Of a stretch of 64,000 nt of DNA, positions 38,438-49,864 are shown piece by piece. The stretch comes from an uncultured Pelagibacteraceae bacterium (GTDB lineage: Bacteria > Pseudomonadota > Alphaproteobacteria > Pelagibacterales > Pelagibacteraceae): positions 32,583-96,582 of the forward strand of contig CACKBP010000005.1 in the NCBI GenBank assembly GCA_902598315.1, given 5' to 3'. The translations under genes were made by a program, and so were the position numbers. How positions within the stretch are numbered: position 1 is the first letter of the stretch; each line of letters opens with the position of its first letter. Below the pieces are notes generated by a model that was not told the origin of the DNA, did no database searches, and was given only the letters and a program-made list of their open reading frames with translations.

Positions 38438-40333
38438 ATGAATATTAAAAATTTAGTAATGTGGGTTATTATTGTTCTGCTCTCAGTTGGGCTATTCAAT
38501 ATGTTTCAAGATCCAAATAGATCAAGAACAACAAATAACTCTCTTCCCTTTTCAAACTTTCTAAATGAAGTTGATAATGGAAGAGTTGTAGAGGTAAAAA
38601 TTCAAGGAAATAATATTTCTGGAGTATTAGCAAACGGTGATACTTTTTCTACATACTCTCCAAATTATCCAGAACTTGTTGATAAACTTTCATCAAATGG
38701 AGTAAGTATTATTGCATCACCGCAAGAAGATAAAATGCCTTCACTGCTAGGAATTTTATTATCGTGGTTTCCGATGTTATTACTGATAGGTGTTTGGATC
38801 TTTTTCATGCGTCAAATGCAAGGTGGTAAAGGTGGCGCGATGGGTTTTGGTAGATCCAAAGCAAAACTTTTAAATGAAGCACAAGGTAAAGTTACATTTA
38901 ATGATGTTGCGGGCGTAGAAGAGGCAAAAGAAGAAGTAGAGGAAATTGTTGAGTTTTTAAAAGACCCAAAAAAATTTAGTCGTTTAGGAGGAAAGATACC
39001 TAAGGGTGCATTATTAATCGGCCCTCCTGGAACTGGAAAAACTTTATTAGCAAAAGCTATTGCTGGAGAGGCAAATGTTCCGTTTTTTTCAATTTCAGGA
39101 TCAGATTTTGTTGAAATGTTTGTAGGTGTAGGGGCTTCAAGAGTTAGAGATATGTTTGAGCAAGGTAAAAAACATTCTCCATGTATAATTTTTATTGATG
39201 AGATAGATGCTGTTGGAAGAAGTAGAGGAGCTGGATTAGGCGGAGGAAACGATGAAAGAGAGCAAACATTAAACCAGTTACTTGTAGAGATGGATGGCTT
39301 TGACACCAACGAAGGAATTATATTAATTGCCGCAACTAATAGACCTGATGTTTTAGACCCAGCTCTTCTTAGACCAGGAAGATTCGATAGACAAGTTGTA
39401 GTAGGAAACCCAGATATCATCGGAAGAGAGGCAATTTTGAAAGTCCATGTTAAGAAAATTAATATTGGTCCAGATGTGAAATTAAGAACAATTGCGAGAG
39501 GCACTCCAGGATTCTCAGGCGCAGATTTAGCTAACTTGATAAATGAGTCAGCGCTTCTTGCTGCAAGAAAAAATAAAAGAGTAGTTACTATGTCAGATGT
39601 AGAGGAAGCTAAGGATAAAGTAATGATGGGTGCTGAAAGGCGATCTATGGTCATGTCAGAAGATGAAAAAAAATTGACTGCATATCATGAGGGCGGTCAC
39701 GCTATTGTTGCATTAAACGAAAAAGCATCAGATCCAATACATAAAGCCACTATAATTCCAAGAGGTAGAGCTTTAGGAATGGTAATGAGATTACCTGAAA
39801 GAGATCAACTTTCAGTATCTAGAGAAAAAATGCATGCGGACATAGCTGTTGCAATGGGTGGAAGGATTGCAGAAGAGATTATTTTTGGACATGACAAAGT
39901 AACATCAGGCGCATCTTCGGATATTGAAATGGTAACTAAGATGGCAAAAAATATGGTTACGAAGTACGGAATGACGACAGAATTAGGAACAATAGCTTAC
40001 GGGGAAAATGAAGAAGAAGTTTTTTTAGGTAGATCAGTCACAAAACAGCAAAATATGTCGGAGGAAACTGCAAAAAAAATAGACGCTGAAGTAAAAAAAA
40101 TTGTAGATAAAGGTTATGAAAGAGCAAAAAAGGTATTAACTGATAAAATTGATGACTTGCATAAAATAGCCAAAGCTCTTCTTATCTACGAAACACTGTC
40201 TGGTGATGAAATAAGAGATTTAATAATAAAAGATATAAAACCAACAAGGTCTTTTAAAGAAGAGGAAAATGATGATGGAAAATCATCATCAGCATTGGGA
40301 TCATTAGGATTAAAACCAAAACCTGCTATTTGA
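38438..40333 (+). CDS. ftsH: ATP-dependent zinc metalloprotease FtsH
   Basis: Two TMs, [27 protein letters not shown]. Confidence 0.98.
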   Translation: MNIKNLVMWVIIVLLSVGLFNMFQDPNRSRTTNNSLPFSNFLNEVDNGRVVEVKIQGNNISGVLANGDTFSTYSPNYPELVDKLSSNGVSIIASPQEDKMPSLLGILLSWFPMLLLIGVWIFFMRQMQGGKGGAMGFGRSKAKLLNEAQGKVTFNDVAGVEEAKEEVEEIVEFLKDPKKFSRLGGKIPKGALLIGPPGTGKTLLAKAIAGEANVPFFSISGSDFVEMFVGVGASRVRDMFEQGKKHSPCIIFIDEIDAVGRSRGAGLGGGNDEREQTLNQLLVEMDGFDTNEGIILIAATNRPDVLDPALLRPGRFDRQVVVGNPDIIGREAILKVHVKKINIGPDVKLRTIARGTPGFSGADLANLINESALLAARKNKRVVTMSDVEEAKDKVMMGAERRSMVMSEDEKKLTAYHEGGHAIVALNEKASDPIHKATIIPRGRALGMVMRLPERDQLSVSREKMHADIAVAMGGRIAEEIIFGHDKVTSGASSDIEMVTKMAKNMVTKYGMTTELGTIAYGENEEEVFLGRSVTKQQNMSEETAKKIDAEVKKIVDKGYERAKKVLTDKIDDLHKIAKALLIYETLSGDEIRDLIIKDIKPTRSFKEEENDDGKSSSALGSLGLKPKPAI

Positions 40334-40337
40334 TGAA

Positions 40338-41399
40338 ATGATCAAATATTACACTAGAGCGTGTAATTTTTATTATGGACATCAAGCTAAGGCATTAATA
40401 AAAAAAAAACAAGCTCTTCCATTATGCGGCAGTAAAAAGGTCGCTTTCAACAAAATTGAGATTTTCTCAAAGAATAAACAGTCAATAAAAACAAAATTAA
40501 TAAATCTGCATGATGTAAAAAATCTCAAGAAAAAAGAGCAAAAAAAAATAAGAAAAGATTTAATTAAAATATCTTCAAGTAGAAAGAATTTTTTGAAAAA
40601 TTTAGATTTTTCGAAACCGTCAATTATGGGAGTGCTCAATTTAACACCAGATAGCTTTTCTGATGGCGGTAAGTTTAATAAAGACCATAAATCTTTTAAA
40701 CAAATAGAAAAAATGATTAAGTCTGGTGCAGACATAATTGATGTGGGCGGTGAGTCGACTAGGCCTGGATCAAAAACGATAAAATCTATGACCGAGTGGA
40801 ATAGAGTAAAAAACGTTATGAAAAAATTTAAAAAAAAATACCGTAATACCTGTTTATCTATTGATACAAGAAAGTCAGACATAATGATTAAAAGTATTAA
40901 ATATGGAACTGATATAATTAATGATGTGTCAGGGTTTAATTATGATGAAAATTCACTTCTTATAATTAAAAAACATAAAATCCCGAAAATACTACACCAT
41001 ATGCAAGGAACACCAAATACAATGCAAAAAAACCCTAAATATCATAATGTGTTACTTGATATTTATGATTTTTTCGAAAAAAATATTAATACAAAATTAA
41101 AAGATAAAAAAATTATTATAGATCCTGGTATAGGTTTCGGTAAAAATCTGAAACATAATTTGACTTTAATGTCCAAGATATCTTTGTTTCATAGTCTTGG
41201 ATTACCTATTTTGATTGGGACTTCAAGAAAAAGATTTATAAAACAAGTTTCAGGAAAATATGATAGCACTGAAAGAATTGGAGGTACCTTGGCATCAGTA
41301 ATATTTCTTCTCATGCAAGGTGTTCAAATTTTTAGAGTACACAATGTTAATGAGGTTAAACAAGGAATCTTAGTGCTTGATAAGATATTATCCCAATAA
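40338..41399 (+). CDS. folP: Dihydropteroate synthase with N-terminal extension
   Basis: MGVLNLTPDSFSDGG, GGESTRPG, DPGIGFGK, SRKRFI, RVHNV. Confidence 0.95.
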   Translation: MIKYYTRACNFYYGHQAKALIKKKQALPLCGSKKVAFNKIEIFSKNKQSIKTKLINLHDVKNLKKKEQKKIRKDLIKISSSRKNFLKNLDFSKPSIMGVLNLTPDSFSDGGKFNKDHKSFKQIEKMIKSGADIIDVGGESTRPGSKTIKSMTEWNRVKNVMKKFKKKYRNTCLSIDTRKSDIMIKSIKYGTDIINDVSGFNYDENSLLIIKKHKIPKILHHMQGTPNTMQKNPKYHNVLLDIYDFFEKNINTKLKDKKIIIDPGIGFGKNLKHNLTLMSKISLFHSLGLPILIGTSRKRFIKQVSGKYDSTERIGGTLASVIFLLMQGVQIFRVHNVNEVKQGILVLDKILSQ

Positions 41400-42730
41400 T
41401 GAAAAATAAATATTTTGGAACAGATGGAATTAGAGGAACAGTAAACCAGGGGAATATTACGGGTGAAAAATTTTTCAAATTTGGACTAGCTTCGGGCACT
41501 TATTTTAAAAATTTAAAAAAAAATAAGCAAATAGCAATCATAGCTAAGGATACCCGGCTATCGGGATATACATTGGAGCCAGCTTTAGTTTCAGGACTGG
41601 CATCTGGAGGCATGAATGTTTTAACCCTTGGACCTTTACCCACTAACGGTCTAGCAATGTTAACAAAAACAATGAGAGCAAATATGGGGATCATGATTAC
41701 AGCCTCTCATAATCCATATCATGATAATGGTTTAAAACTGTTTGGTCCTGATGGTTTAAAATTATCTAATAAAATTGAAAAAAAAATTGAAAAATTAATA
41801 GACTCGAAAACTACAAAACAGCTCTCAAATGCTAAAGTTTTAGGAAGGGTGAAAAGATTAGAAGATGGTAACGATAGATATATTAAAATATTAAAAAACA
41901 ATTTTCCAAAAAATTATATGCTCAATGGAATTAAAATTGTTTTGGATTGTGCGAATGGAGCAAGCTATAAAGCAGCTCCAAAATTACTTAAAGAACTTGG
42001 TGCAAAAGTTTTTTGCATAGGAGTTAAACCAAATGGTTTAAATATAAATGACAAATGTGGATCTACATTTCCATCAAAAATAAAGTCTTATGTAAAGAAA
42101 AAGAAAGCACATGTTGGAATTTCATTTGATGGTGACGCAGATAGAATAATTATGTGCGATGAAAAAGGTAAAATTATAGATGGAGATCAAATTATTGCTA
42201 TGCTTGCATGTAGATGGAAATCAAAAAAAATTTTAAAAGGTGGAGTGGTTGGAACCCTGATGTCTAATTATGGACTAGAAAAATTTTTAAAGAAAAAAAA
42301 AATTAAATTCTTTCGATCAAAAGTAGGCGATAAATATGTAAAGGAAAAGATGAAGAAATTAAAATTTAATCTTGGAGGTGAACAGTCTGGCCATATAATA
42401 CTTGGAAAATTTGCTACCACTGGAGATGGATTACTTGTGGCATTAGAAGTTCTTTTTTCTTTAAGAAAACAAAAAAAAGCTAGTAAATTATTAAACGTTT
42501 TTAAACCTTTGCCTCAAGTATTAGAGAATATTTTGGTAAAAGATAAAGAAATTATTAATCGTTCTAAATGTAAAAATGCTATACAAAGAGCTATCTTAAT
42601 GATGGGTAAACAAGGAAGAATTTTGGTAAGAAAGTCTGGTACAGAACCAAAAATCAGAATTATGGCAGAGTCTCATAATAGAAATTTAATTTATAAATGC
42701 ATAAAACTAATTAGGAAAACATTAAAATAA
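41399..42730 (+). CDS. glmM: Phosphoglucosamine mutase
   Basis: FGTDGIRG, TASHNP, DGDADR, GGEQSGH, RKSGTEP. Confidence 0.96.
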   Translation: MKNKYFGTDGIRGTVNQGNITGEKFFKFGLASGTYFKNLKKNKQIAIIAKDTRLSGYTLEPALVSGLASGGMNVLTLGPLPTNGLAMLTKTMRANMGIMITASHNPYHDNGLKLFGPDGLKLSNKIEKKIEKLIDSKTTKQLSNAKVLGRVKRLEDGNDRYIKILKNNFPKNYMLNGIKIVLDCANGASYKAAPKLLKELGAKVFCIGVKPNGLNINDKCGSTFPSKIKSYVKKKKAHVGISFDGDADRIIMCDEKGKIIDGDQIIAMLACRWKSKKILKGGVVGTLMSNYGLEKFLKKKKIKFFRSKVGDKYVKEKMKKLKFNLGGEQSGHIILGKFATTGDGLLVALEVLFSLRKQKKASKLLNVFKPLPQVLENILVKDKEIINRSKCKNAIQRAILMMGKQGRILVRKSGTEPKIRIMAESHNRNLIYKCIKLIRKTLK

Positions 42731-42731
42731 G

Positions 42732-43544
42732 TTGAAACCTAGAGCAAAAATTTTAATCATAGCTGGCTCAGACTCCTCTGGTGGCGCAGGTATACAAGCT
42801 GACATAAAAACTGTAACTGCATTAGGTGGATATGCAATGACAGCAGTTACGGCAGTCACAGCTCAAAATACCACTGGAGTAAATTCAATAGTATCAATAA
42901 ACCCTATAGAAATAGAAAAACAAATTTTATATACATGTAAAGATATTAGACCTGATGCTATAAAAATTGGAATGTTACATTCTTCTTTGGTGATCAATTC
43001 AGTTTGTAAAAGTTTAAAAAAATTGAATATTAAAAATGTAATTTTAGATCCAGTTATGTTTGCAAAAGGAGGGGCAAGATTAATTGATGAATCTGCAATT
43101 ATGAATCTTAAAAAAAAATTAATAAAAAAAGTTTTACTACTTACTCCAAATATCCCAGAAGCCGAGGTTCTCACTGGAATAAAAATTAATAGCACTGATG
43201 ATATGAAAAAAGCAGCTAAAATTTTAATTAGGTTTGGAGTAAAAAATGTTTTACTTAAAGGTGGTCATAAAAAATCGAAAATTATAAAAGATGTACTGCT
43301 AAATAAAAAAGAATTTAACATATTTCAAAATAGAAAAGTAAAATCAATCAATACTCATGGAACTGGTTGTACTCTATCAAGTTCTATAGCAACATTTTTA
43401 TCATGTGGAAAACCCTTAAAGAAATCCTGTGAGTTGGGAATTAAATATGTTAACCAAGCTATTAGAAATAACGTCAATTATGGAAAAGGACATGGTCCAA
43501 TAAATCATCTTAACTCAATAAAAATAGAAAAAAAATTTTTATAA
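42732..43544 (+). CDS. thiD: Hydroxymethylpyrimidine/phosphomethylpyrimidine kinase
   Basis: [33 protein letters not shown]. Confidence 0.95.
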   Translation: MKPRAKILIIAGSDSSGGAGIQADIKTVTALGGYAMTAVTAVTAQNTTGVNSIVSINPIEIEKQILYTCKDIRPDAIKIGMLHSSLVINSVCKSLKKLNIKNVILDPVMFAKGGARLIDESAIMNLKKKLIKKVLLLTPNIPEAEVLTGIKINSTDDMKKAAKILIRFGVKNVLLKGGHKKSKIIKDVLLNKKEFNIFQNRKVKSINTHGTGCTLSSSIATFLSCGKPLKKSCELGIKYVNQAIRNNVNYGKGHGPINHLNSIKIEKKFL

Positions 43545-44836
43545 TGAAAAATGTTGTTGTTGTAGGATCACAATGGGGAGATGAGGGAAAAGGCAAAATA
43601 GTTGACTGGTTGTCAAGTCAAGCTGATGTAGTAGTGCGTTTTCAAGGAGGTCATAACGCAGGGCACACATTAGTAATAAATAAAAAAGTTTTTAAATTAA
43701 GACTTTTGCCTTCAGGAATTGTAAGAAATGGAAAAATTTCTATTCTTGGAAATGGAGTAGTGATTGATCCATGGGCATTAATAGAAGAAATTAAAGATAT
43801 TAAAAAACAAGGCATAAATGTTTCCCCAGAGAATTTTATGATCTCAGAGTCAGCATCTCTTATTCTTCCTTTTCATAAAGAAATGGATGAAATCAGAGAG
43901 GATACAGCTGGTAAAGCTAAAATTGGAACTACGAGAAGGGGTATTGGTCCGTGTTACGAAGATAAGGTCGGAAGGAGATCTATAAGAGTTATGGATTTGA
44001 GATCTGAAAGTAATTTAAATAGCAGACTTGAAAATGTTTTGTTACATCATAATGCTATAAGAAAAGGTTTGAAAAAAAAAATATTCAAAAAAGATGAGCT
44101 AAAAAAAAAACTTTTAAAAATTGCACCAGAGATTTTAAAATTCGCAAAACCAATTTGGTTAAAATTAGATGAATTTAAGAAAGAAAGAAAAAAAGTTCTA
44201 TTTGAAGGTGCTCAAGGTATATTATTAGATGTAGATCACGGAACATATCCATTTGTAACTTCTTCAAATACTGTACCAGCTATGGCTGCGACCGGTTCTG
44301 GAACTGGTCCAGAAAAAATTGGATATATTTTAGGAATAACTAAAGCATATACTACAAGGGTTGGAAGTGGACCATTCCCTACTGAATTAAAAAATAAAAT
44401 AGGTGAGAGTTTAGGTAAAAGAGGTAAAGAATTTGGAACAGTAACAGCTAGAAAAAGAAGATGTGGATGGTTTGATGGAGTTCTTGTGAGACAAACTATT
44501 AAAATTTCTGGTATAAATGGTATTGCGCTCACAAAACTTGATGTTTTAGATGAATTAGAAGAAATTAAAATGTGCGTAGGATATGAATTAAATGGAGAAA
44601 AGTTAGACTATCTACCCGCTGCATCTGAGGATCAATTTAATATAAAACCAATATATAAATCTTTTGCTGGCTGGAAAACTAAAACCCAGGGTATTAGAAA
44701 TATGAAAGATTTACCAGATAACGCAAAAAAATATATTTATGCTCTAGAAGATTTTATTGGAGCAAAGATTTCAAGTATTTCAACAAGTCCAGAGAGAGAA
44801 GATACGATCTTGATTGAAGATCCTTTCAAGCATTAA
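43544..44836 (+). CDS. purA: Adenylosuccinate synthase
   Basis: [37 protein letters not shown]. Confidence 0.98.
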   Translation: MKNVVVVGSQWGDEGKGKIVDWLSSQADVVVRFQGGHNAGHTLVINKKVFKLRLLPSGIVRNGKISILGNGVVIDPWALIEEIKDIKKQGINVSPENFMISESASLILPFHKEMDEIREDTAGKAKIGTTRRGIGPCYEDKVGRRSIRVMDLRSESNLNSRLENVLLHHNAIRKGLKKKIFKKDELKKKLLKIAPEILKFAKPIWLKLDEFKKERKKVLFEGAQGILLDVDHGTYPFVTSSNTVPAMAATGSGTGPEKIGYILGITKAYTTRVGSGPFPTELKNKIGESLGKRGKEFGTVTARKRRCGWFDGVLVRQTIKISGINGIALTKLDVLDELEEIKMCVGYELNGEKLDYLPAASEDQFNIKPIYKSFAGWKTKTQGIRNMKDLPDNAKKYIYALEDFIGAKISSISTSPEREDTILIEDPFKH

Positions 44837-45732
44837 TTAGAGGGTAGCAAATTTTTTGATTTACTAGCGTTTATCATTGATTTTTGCAGTTTTTCAAAAG
44901 CTTTTGTTTCTATTTGTCTAATACGTTCTCTACTAATTTTATATTTTTTACTCAGTTCCTCTAAAGTTTTGGGACTCTCGGACAATCTTCTAGCTTCAAT
45001 AATTTCTTTTTCCCTATCGTTTAAAATTTGCATTGCACTTTTTAATAACTCTTTTTTATCATCATATTCTTGTTGTTGTGAGATAATCAACTCTTGATCT
45101 AAATTATCATCTACTAACCAATCTTGCCATTCATCGGTCTCACCGCTCTTTATTGGATCGTTAAGAGACTTTTCTTGGCCCATCATCCTTCTATTCATAT
45201 TAACTACTTCCTCAGAATCCACATCAAGTCTTTTAGAAATTTCTTTCACATGCTCGTCTTTCAAATCACCCTCTTGCCCCGGAGCTATTTGATTTTTAAG
45301 TTTTTTTAAATTAAAAAAAAGCTTCTTTTGAGCTGTTGTGGTTCCCATTTTCACCAAACTCCATGATCTTAAAACATATTCTTGAATCGAGGCTTTTATC
45401 CACCACATAGCGTAAGTTGCCAGTCTAAAACCTTTGTCAGGATCAAATTTTTTAACAGCCTGCATTAAGCCTAAATTACCTTCAGAGATTAATTCGTTTA
45501 CTGGTAATCCGTAACCTCTATACCCCATTGCAATTTTAGCAACTAATCTAAGATGGCTTGTAACTAATTTATGTGCTGATTGAAGATTTCCATTTTCCCT
45601 CCAATTTTTTGCAAGCATGTACTCTTCCTCAGCATCGAGCATAGGAAATTTTTTGATCTGAGCAAGGTAAATAGAAAGTCCTCCAACCGCAGGTGTAGGC
45701 AAATTACTTATACGATTATCACTCATATTCAT
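44833..45732 (-). CDS. rpoH: RNA polymerase sigma factor RpoH (sigma32)
   Basis: RpoH box [12 protein letters not shown]; [29 protein letters not shown]. Confidence 0.96.
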   Translation of the reverse strand: MNMSDNRISNLPTPAVGGLSIYLAQIKKFPMLDAEEEYMLAKNWRENGNLQSAHKLVTSHLRLVAKIAMGYRGYGLPVNELISEGNLGLMQAVKKFDPDKGFRLATYAMWWIKASIQEYVLRSWSLVKMGTTTAQKKLFFNLKKLKNQIAPGQEGDLKDEHVKEISKRLDVDSEEVVNMNRRMMGQEKSLNDPIKSGETDEWQDWLVDDNLDQELIISQQQEYDDKKELLKSAMQILNDREKEIIEARRLSESPKTLEELSKKYKISRERIRQIETKAFEKLQKSMINASKSKNLLPSN

Positions 45733-45758
45733 ATGATTTATAGATTAAAAAAATATTT

Positions 45759-46739
45759 TCAACTATTAAGATTTTTAAGTAATTTCAATAGTTTTTTAAA
45801 TTCGGTAGGTTTTTCAAGGCTAAAACTAACCCATTTATTTTTAGTAGGGTGAATGAATTCTAAAGTTTGAGCATGTAAAACTTGCCCTTTAATATTATCA
45901 AGAATTTCTATAAATTTTTTATTGACTTTTTTGAACTTTAATTTTTTTCTACCATACTGCTTGTCACCAAGAAGAGGAGATCCTTTATAGCTTAAGTGAA
46001 CTCTAATTTGATGGGTTCTACCAGTTTCTAATTCGCACTCTAGTAAACTTATTTTTGGGACATCTTTTAAATTAAAAACTTTCAATGTTTTATAATTTGT
46101 AATTGCTTTTTTTCCTCTATTCTCACTAACACTCATTAATTGCCTGTTTTTATTACTTCTAGCAATTAAAGTTTCTATGCGACCATTCAACGGTCTTATT
46201 GTTCCCCAAACTAAACATTGATATTTTCTCTTAATTGTATGCTGACCAAATTGTTCGCCTAATTTTGAGTGCGATATATTATTTTTTGCAACAACTAGTA
46301 ACCCACTAGTCTCTTTATCAATTCTATGTACTATTCCAGGTCTTAAATTTCCATTAATGTTAGATAATTTATTTTTATATTTATAGAATAAAGCGTTTGC
46401 TAGTGTATTTTGAAAATTTCCTGAACCAGGATGCACAACCATCCCTTTCGGCTTATTAATAACAAGTATGTCTTTATCTTCAAAAACTGTTTCGATATTT
46501 ATTTTATTAGCAACTAACCTAGTTTCTATTTTGTCGACTGTTTTAAAAATTATTTTATCATTAATTTTAACTTTTACTGAAGGTGAGGTTATGACTCTAC
46601 CATTTATAATTAAGTTTTTTTTTTCGATTAATTTCTTTAAGTATGAACGTGTCAAGTTTTCTATTTTTTTTGACAGAAAAATGTCTATCCTAATGCCAAT
46701 ATCTTTTTTATCGACTAAAAATTCAGTTGTTTTATTCAT
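45759..46739 (-). CDS. rluD: RluA-family 23S rRNA pseudouridine synthase (RluD)
   Basis: S4 domain, NKPKGMVVHP, VHRIDKETSG, LETGRTHQIRVH. Confidence 0.92.
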   Translation of the reverse strand: MNKTTEFLVDKKDIGIRIDIFLSKKIENLTRSYLKKLIEKKNLIINGRVITSPSVKVKINDKIIFKTVDKIETRLVANKINIETVFEDKDILVINKPKGMVVHPGSGNFQNTLANALFYKYKNKLSNINGNLRPGIVHRIDKETSGLLVVAKNNISHSKLGEQFGQHTIKRKYQCLVWGTIRPLNGRIETLIARSNKNRQLMSVSENRGKKAITNYKTLKVFNLKDVPKISLLECELETGRTHQIRVHLSYKGSPLLGDKQYGRKKLKFKKVNKKFIEILDNIKGQVLHAQTLEFIHPTKNKWVSFSLEKPTEFKKLLKLLKNLNS

Positions 46740-46764
46740 AAATTAATTTAAATTATTATATATT

Positions 46765-46842
46765 GCGCCGGTAGCTTCAACTGGATAGAGCGCCGGATTT
46801 CGGCTCCGGAGGTTATGGGTTCGACTCCTATCCGGCGCACCA
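46765..46842 (+). tRNA. tRNA-Arg (TCG)
   Basis: Acceptor GCGCCGG/CCGGCGC, anticodon arm CCGGA-TTTCGGC-TCCGG, A20 identity base, encoded CCA; one extra T in the D-stem. Confidence 0.9.
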
Positions 46843-46844
46843 AC

Positions 46845-47657
46845 TCATAAAATCCAATTTTTAAATTTATTTTTGTTATTAATTATATAATCGGGAAAAG
46901 TACTGTCTATATCAATTACCTGATATGTAATATTTCTATCGAATAAATCTTTTTTGTTAAATATTCTTTCTTCAATATTTTTTACATTAGTGAATTTCTC
47001 TAAATTATATTCTTGGTGCGAATAAGAAATAATCTTATTTCTAATAGATGCTGGATCTTTTAAAAAACTAAAATGCCAACCTCCATTTTTAATTACTTGA
47101 AAATCTTTACGAAAAAAATTCCAAAAAGATTTTTTTTTCAATTTTATATTTCTTAGCCATTGTGGAGATTTAAGGTATTTTTTTTGACATATTTTCGTTC
47201 CTGTCCAATCACCTTCAGTAATATTTAAAAGATTAATCTTTGATTGGAAGTTTTTTTGCAAAAAGCACGCAAATTTATTATCTATTTTAAATTCTTTAAT
47301 TTTATTTGGATCAGGAATTTCATCAATATCAGAAATCATTATTAAGTCCTCTCCAGAAAATTTATTATAACCTCTCTCTAAAGCATTCCTTTGAAATTGA
47401 TCTCTTAAGTGATTGTTATGCCAACCTTTTTTAAATGATCTTACTACTTTTGGAAGATCATCAATTATTAAATATTCAATTTTATCTTTAAATTTTGAGA
47501 AATTTTCAAATTTAAAATTTAGTTCTTTTGGTTTACCAGCATGATCTTTGGTTGCTTCACCGATTACGAATTTATCAACATGTTTATATAATGTATTAAG
47601 CCTAATATCTAAAACTACATCTTCATCAAAATACATAAAGCAATCTATTAATTTCAT
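46845..47657 (-). CDS. Glycosyltransferase family 17-like (beta-1,4-GlcNAc transferase)
   Basis: IDCFMYFDE, VDKFVI.E, QRNAL, MISDIDEIP, GGWHFSF. Confidence 0.85.
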   Translation of the reverse strand: MKLIDCFMYFDEDVVLDIRLNTLYKHVDKFVIGEATKDHAGKPKELNFKFENFSKFKDKIEYLIIDDLPKVVRSFKKGWHNNHLRDQFQRNALERGYNKFSGEDLIMISDIDEIPDPNKIKEFKIDNKFACFLQKNFQSKINLLNITEGDWTGTKICQKKYLKSPQWLRNIKLKKKSFWNFFRKDFQVIKNGGWHFSFLKDPASIRNKIISYSHQEYNLEKFTNVKNIEERIFNKKDLFDRNITYQVIDIDSTFPDYIINNKNKFKNWIL

Positions 47658-48352
47658 AATTTAATAGTTAGTGTAGTAAAGCCTAACTTTTTATTATTTA
47701 AATTACTTGATGCGCAATGTAAACTAGTTCTATCAAAAACCAGTAAGTCACCTAATTTCCATTTAAATATAAAATCGACTTCTAATCCCTTTAAATTCTC
47801 AATATTCTCGTGTTTTAAATATTTTTCGTGAATTGAAGTGTCAAAATCTTTTCCACCATAAAGTTTCAAATGTTCAGAAGATCTCTTATTGTATCCTTTA
47901 GCTGAAAGTTCTTTTGGATCAATTGAGAAGGTAGTAGCACATCCATAAAACCGATTTTTAAATATTATTGTTTCTGAGTTTTCAGATAAAGGTAATAAAG
48001 TTTGTTTATAAATAATTTTGCTAAAATCAAAACCAGAATCCACGTGTAATGAAACTGGCATTGAGCTCTCTTGAAATAAGCCTAAACTTTCTAATCCATC
48101 TTTTGTTTTTGGGTTATCCAAATCAAAAGAATTTAGATTAGCTTTCAACTTTTGTATAAAAGTTTTTTGAAGATCTGGGAAAAAATTAGTAGACCATTTT
48201 TTCTTTATTATTTTTTGTCTTTTATTATCTATTTCGACTGGCAAGTGATCAAACAGTTTTTTAAATAGTTTGATCTCTTCACTATTAATAAAATTTTTAA
48301 TTACAAACGGTTTTTGTTCGTTTTTTTTAATCTTATCTAAATATTTATGCAT
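47654..48352 (-). CDS. Hypothetical protein, probable Fe(II)/2OG oxygenase (DSBH fold)
   Basis: SLHVDSG (HxD) ... WKLGDLLVFDRTSLHCASS ... KLG. Confidence 0.6.
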   Translation of the reverse strand: MHKYLDKIKKNEQKPFVIKNFINSEEIKLFKKLFDHLPVEIDNKRQKIIKKKWSTNFFPDLQKTFIQKLKANLNSFDLDNPKTKDGLESLGLFQESSMPVSLHVDSGFDFSKIIYKQTLLPLSENSETIIFKNRFYGCATTFSIDPKELSAKGYNKRSSEHLKLYGGKDFDTSIHEKYLKHENIENLKGLEVDFIFKWKLGDLLVFDRTSLHCASSNLNNKKLGFTTLTIKL

Positions 48353-49143
48353 TATTCACCCATATTGATTAGTGTCCCACGTTTTTTTGCACCAAAATAA
48401 GAAATATAAAAAATCATAATTCCAAAAGAAAAATAGATTATAGAAATAAATATCGATTTAATAATATTCATATAATCAACTAATCCAGTCATTAATATAT
48501 TTCTCATTTCTTCAAAAATATGAACTAATGGAAGCAATTTAGCGATAATTTGAAGAAAGTCTGGAAGTATTTCTATGGGATAGTAAATGCAGCCGAGCGG
48601 CGCAAGAAAAAATAAAGTTGCCCAAGCAATATTTTCAAATGAGGGACCATATCTAAGCAAACCAGATGTTACTAAAAGCCCTAAAGTTATGCCAAAGAGA
48701 TATAAAGCTAGCAATAAAAAAATTAATGGAATTCCAAGCTTTAAAATAGACACACCAAATAGAGGTATTGTTATTAAAACAGCAGGCACTAGCCCTATTA
48801 AAGTTCTTAAGATTGCAGTTAATGTTATTGCTGCAATTATCTCACTAATCTTAATAGGAGCGATAAATAGATTTGTAAAATTTCTACTCCAAATTTCTTC
48901 AAGAAACATTATATTAAAACTAATACTAGCTCTAAATAAAAAATCATATAAAATTGCTGCAGTTAATATAATTCCAACAGTATTATTATAATACTCGGAA
49001 TTAAGAGTAAAAAATTTTGATATAAAGCCCCATAAAAAAATTTGTACAGTCGGCCAATAAATCAAATCAAGTACTCTAGGAAAAGAATTCATAATTAAAT
49101 ATAGATGACGCAATCCTAAAGCATAAATTTTTTTGAAATTCAT
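48352..49143 (-). CDS. ABC-2 type exporter permease
   Basis: About six TM segments, LEEIWSRNF.NLFIAP, IYYPIEILP, PLVH.FE. Confidence 0.88.
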   Translation of the reverse strand: MNFKKIYALGLRHLYLIMNSFPRVLDLIYWPTVQIFLWGFISKFFTLNSEYYNNTVGIILTAAILYDFLFRASISFNIMFLEEIWSRNFTNLFIAPIKISEIIAAITLTAILRTLIGLVPAVLITIPLFGVSILKLGIPLIFLLLALYLFGITLGLLVTSGLLRYGPSFENIAWATLFFLAPLGCIYYPIEILPDFLQIIAKLLPLVHIFEEMRNILMTGLVDYMNIIKSIFISIIYFSFGIMIFYISYFGAKKRGTLINMGE

Positions 49144-49144
49144 T

Positions 49145-49864
49145 TTAACTCCTTGCTAATTTTAAAAATGTTTCTTCTAAATTATTTCTTCCATGTTTTT
49201 TTATGAGCTCTACGCAAGTGCCGTTATCAATTATTTTACCATTTTTCATCATTATTACACTGTCACACAGCCTTTCAACTTCACTCATATTATGTGAAGC
49301 AAGTAATATTGTAATTTTATTTTTCTTTTTATATTCTTGAATATAATTTCTAACAAAGTCTCCTATATCTGGATCTAAACTTGCAGTCGGTTCATCTAAT
49401 AGTAATATTTCAGGTTTATTAATTAAAGATTTTGCAAGTGAGACCCTATTTTTTTGACCAGATGAGAGTTCTCCAGTTTTTCTATTGAAAAAATTTTTAA
49501 TATCTAAATCACTTGCGATATCGTTAATTCTGGTTTTTAAATCGTCTACACCGTATAATCTTCCATAAATTTCGAGATTTTGGATTACTGTTAATTTTTT
49601 TGGAAGTTCAACATATGGAGAAGCAAAATTAAATCTTTTTAAGATTTCATCTCTTTTAAATGTATTTATATTTTTATTTTCTAAAACGATAGCACCGCTA
49701 GTCGGTGTTACTAGCCCTAACATCATACCAATTGTTGTAGTTTTTCCACAACCATTAGGCCCTAATAAACCTATAGTTTTATCTCTTTCCATATTAAAAT
49801 TGATATTGTCTACAGCAAAATAGCCGTTATAACTTTTTGAAAGTTTTTTAATTTCGATAAACAT
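49145..49864 (-). CDS. ABC exporter ATP-binding protein
   Basis: GPNGCGKTT, LSSGQ, LLLDEPT, ASHNMSE. Confidence 0.93.
   Translation of the reverse strand: MFIEIKKLSKSYNGYFAVDNINFNMERDKTIGLLGPNGCGKTTTIGMMLGLVTPTSGAIVLENKNINTFKRDEILKRFNFASPYVELPKKLTVIQNLEIYGRLYGVDDLKTRINDIASDLDIKNFFNRKTGELSSGQKNRVSLAKSLINKPEILLLDEPTASLDPDIGDFVRNYIQEYKKKNKITILLASHNMSEVERLCDSVIMMKNGKIIDNGTCVELIKKHGRNNLEETFLKLARS

Noticed and set aside
38812-39654. 280-aa antisense ORF inside ftsH, and the many other 60-170 aa opposite-strand ORFs in the track
   Set aside because: Shadows of conserved genes caused by codon bias; no recognisable motifs
45737-45762. Sigma32 autoregulatory promoter before rpoH (TTGAAA...CTATAA)
   Set aside because: Spacing (TTG-N16-CTATAA) is short for the alphaproteobacterial consensus and too short for sigma70
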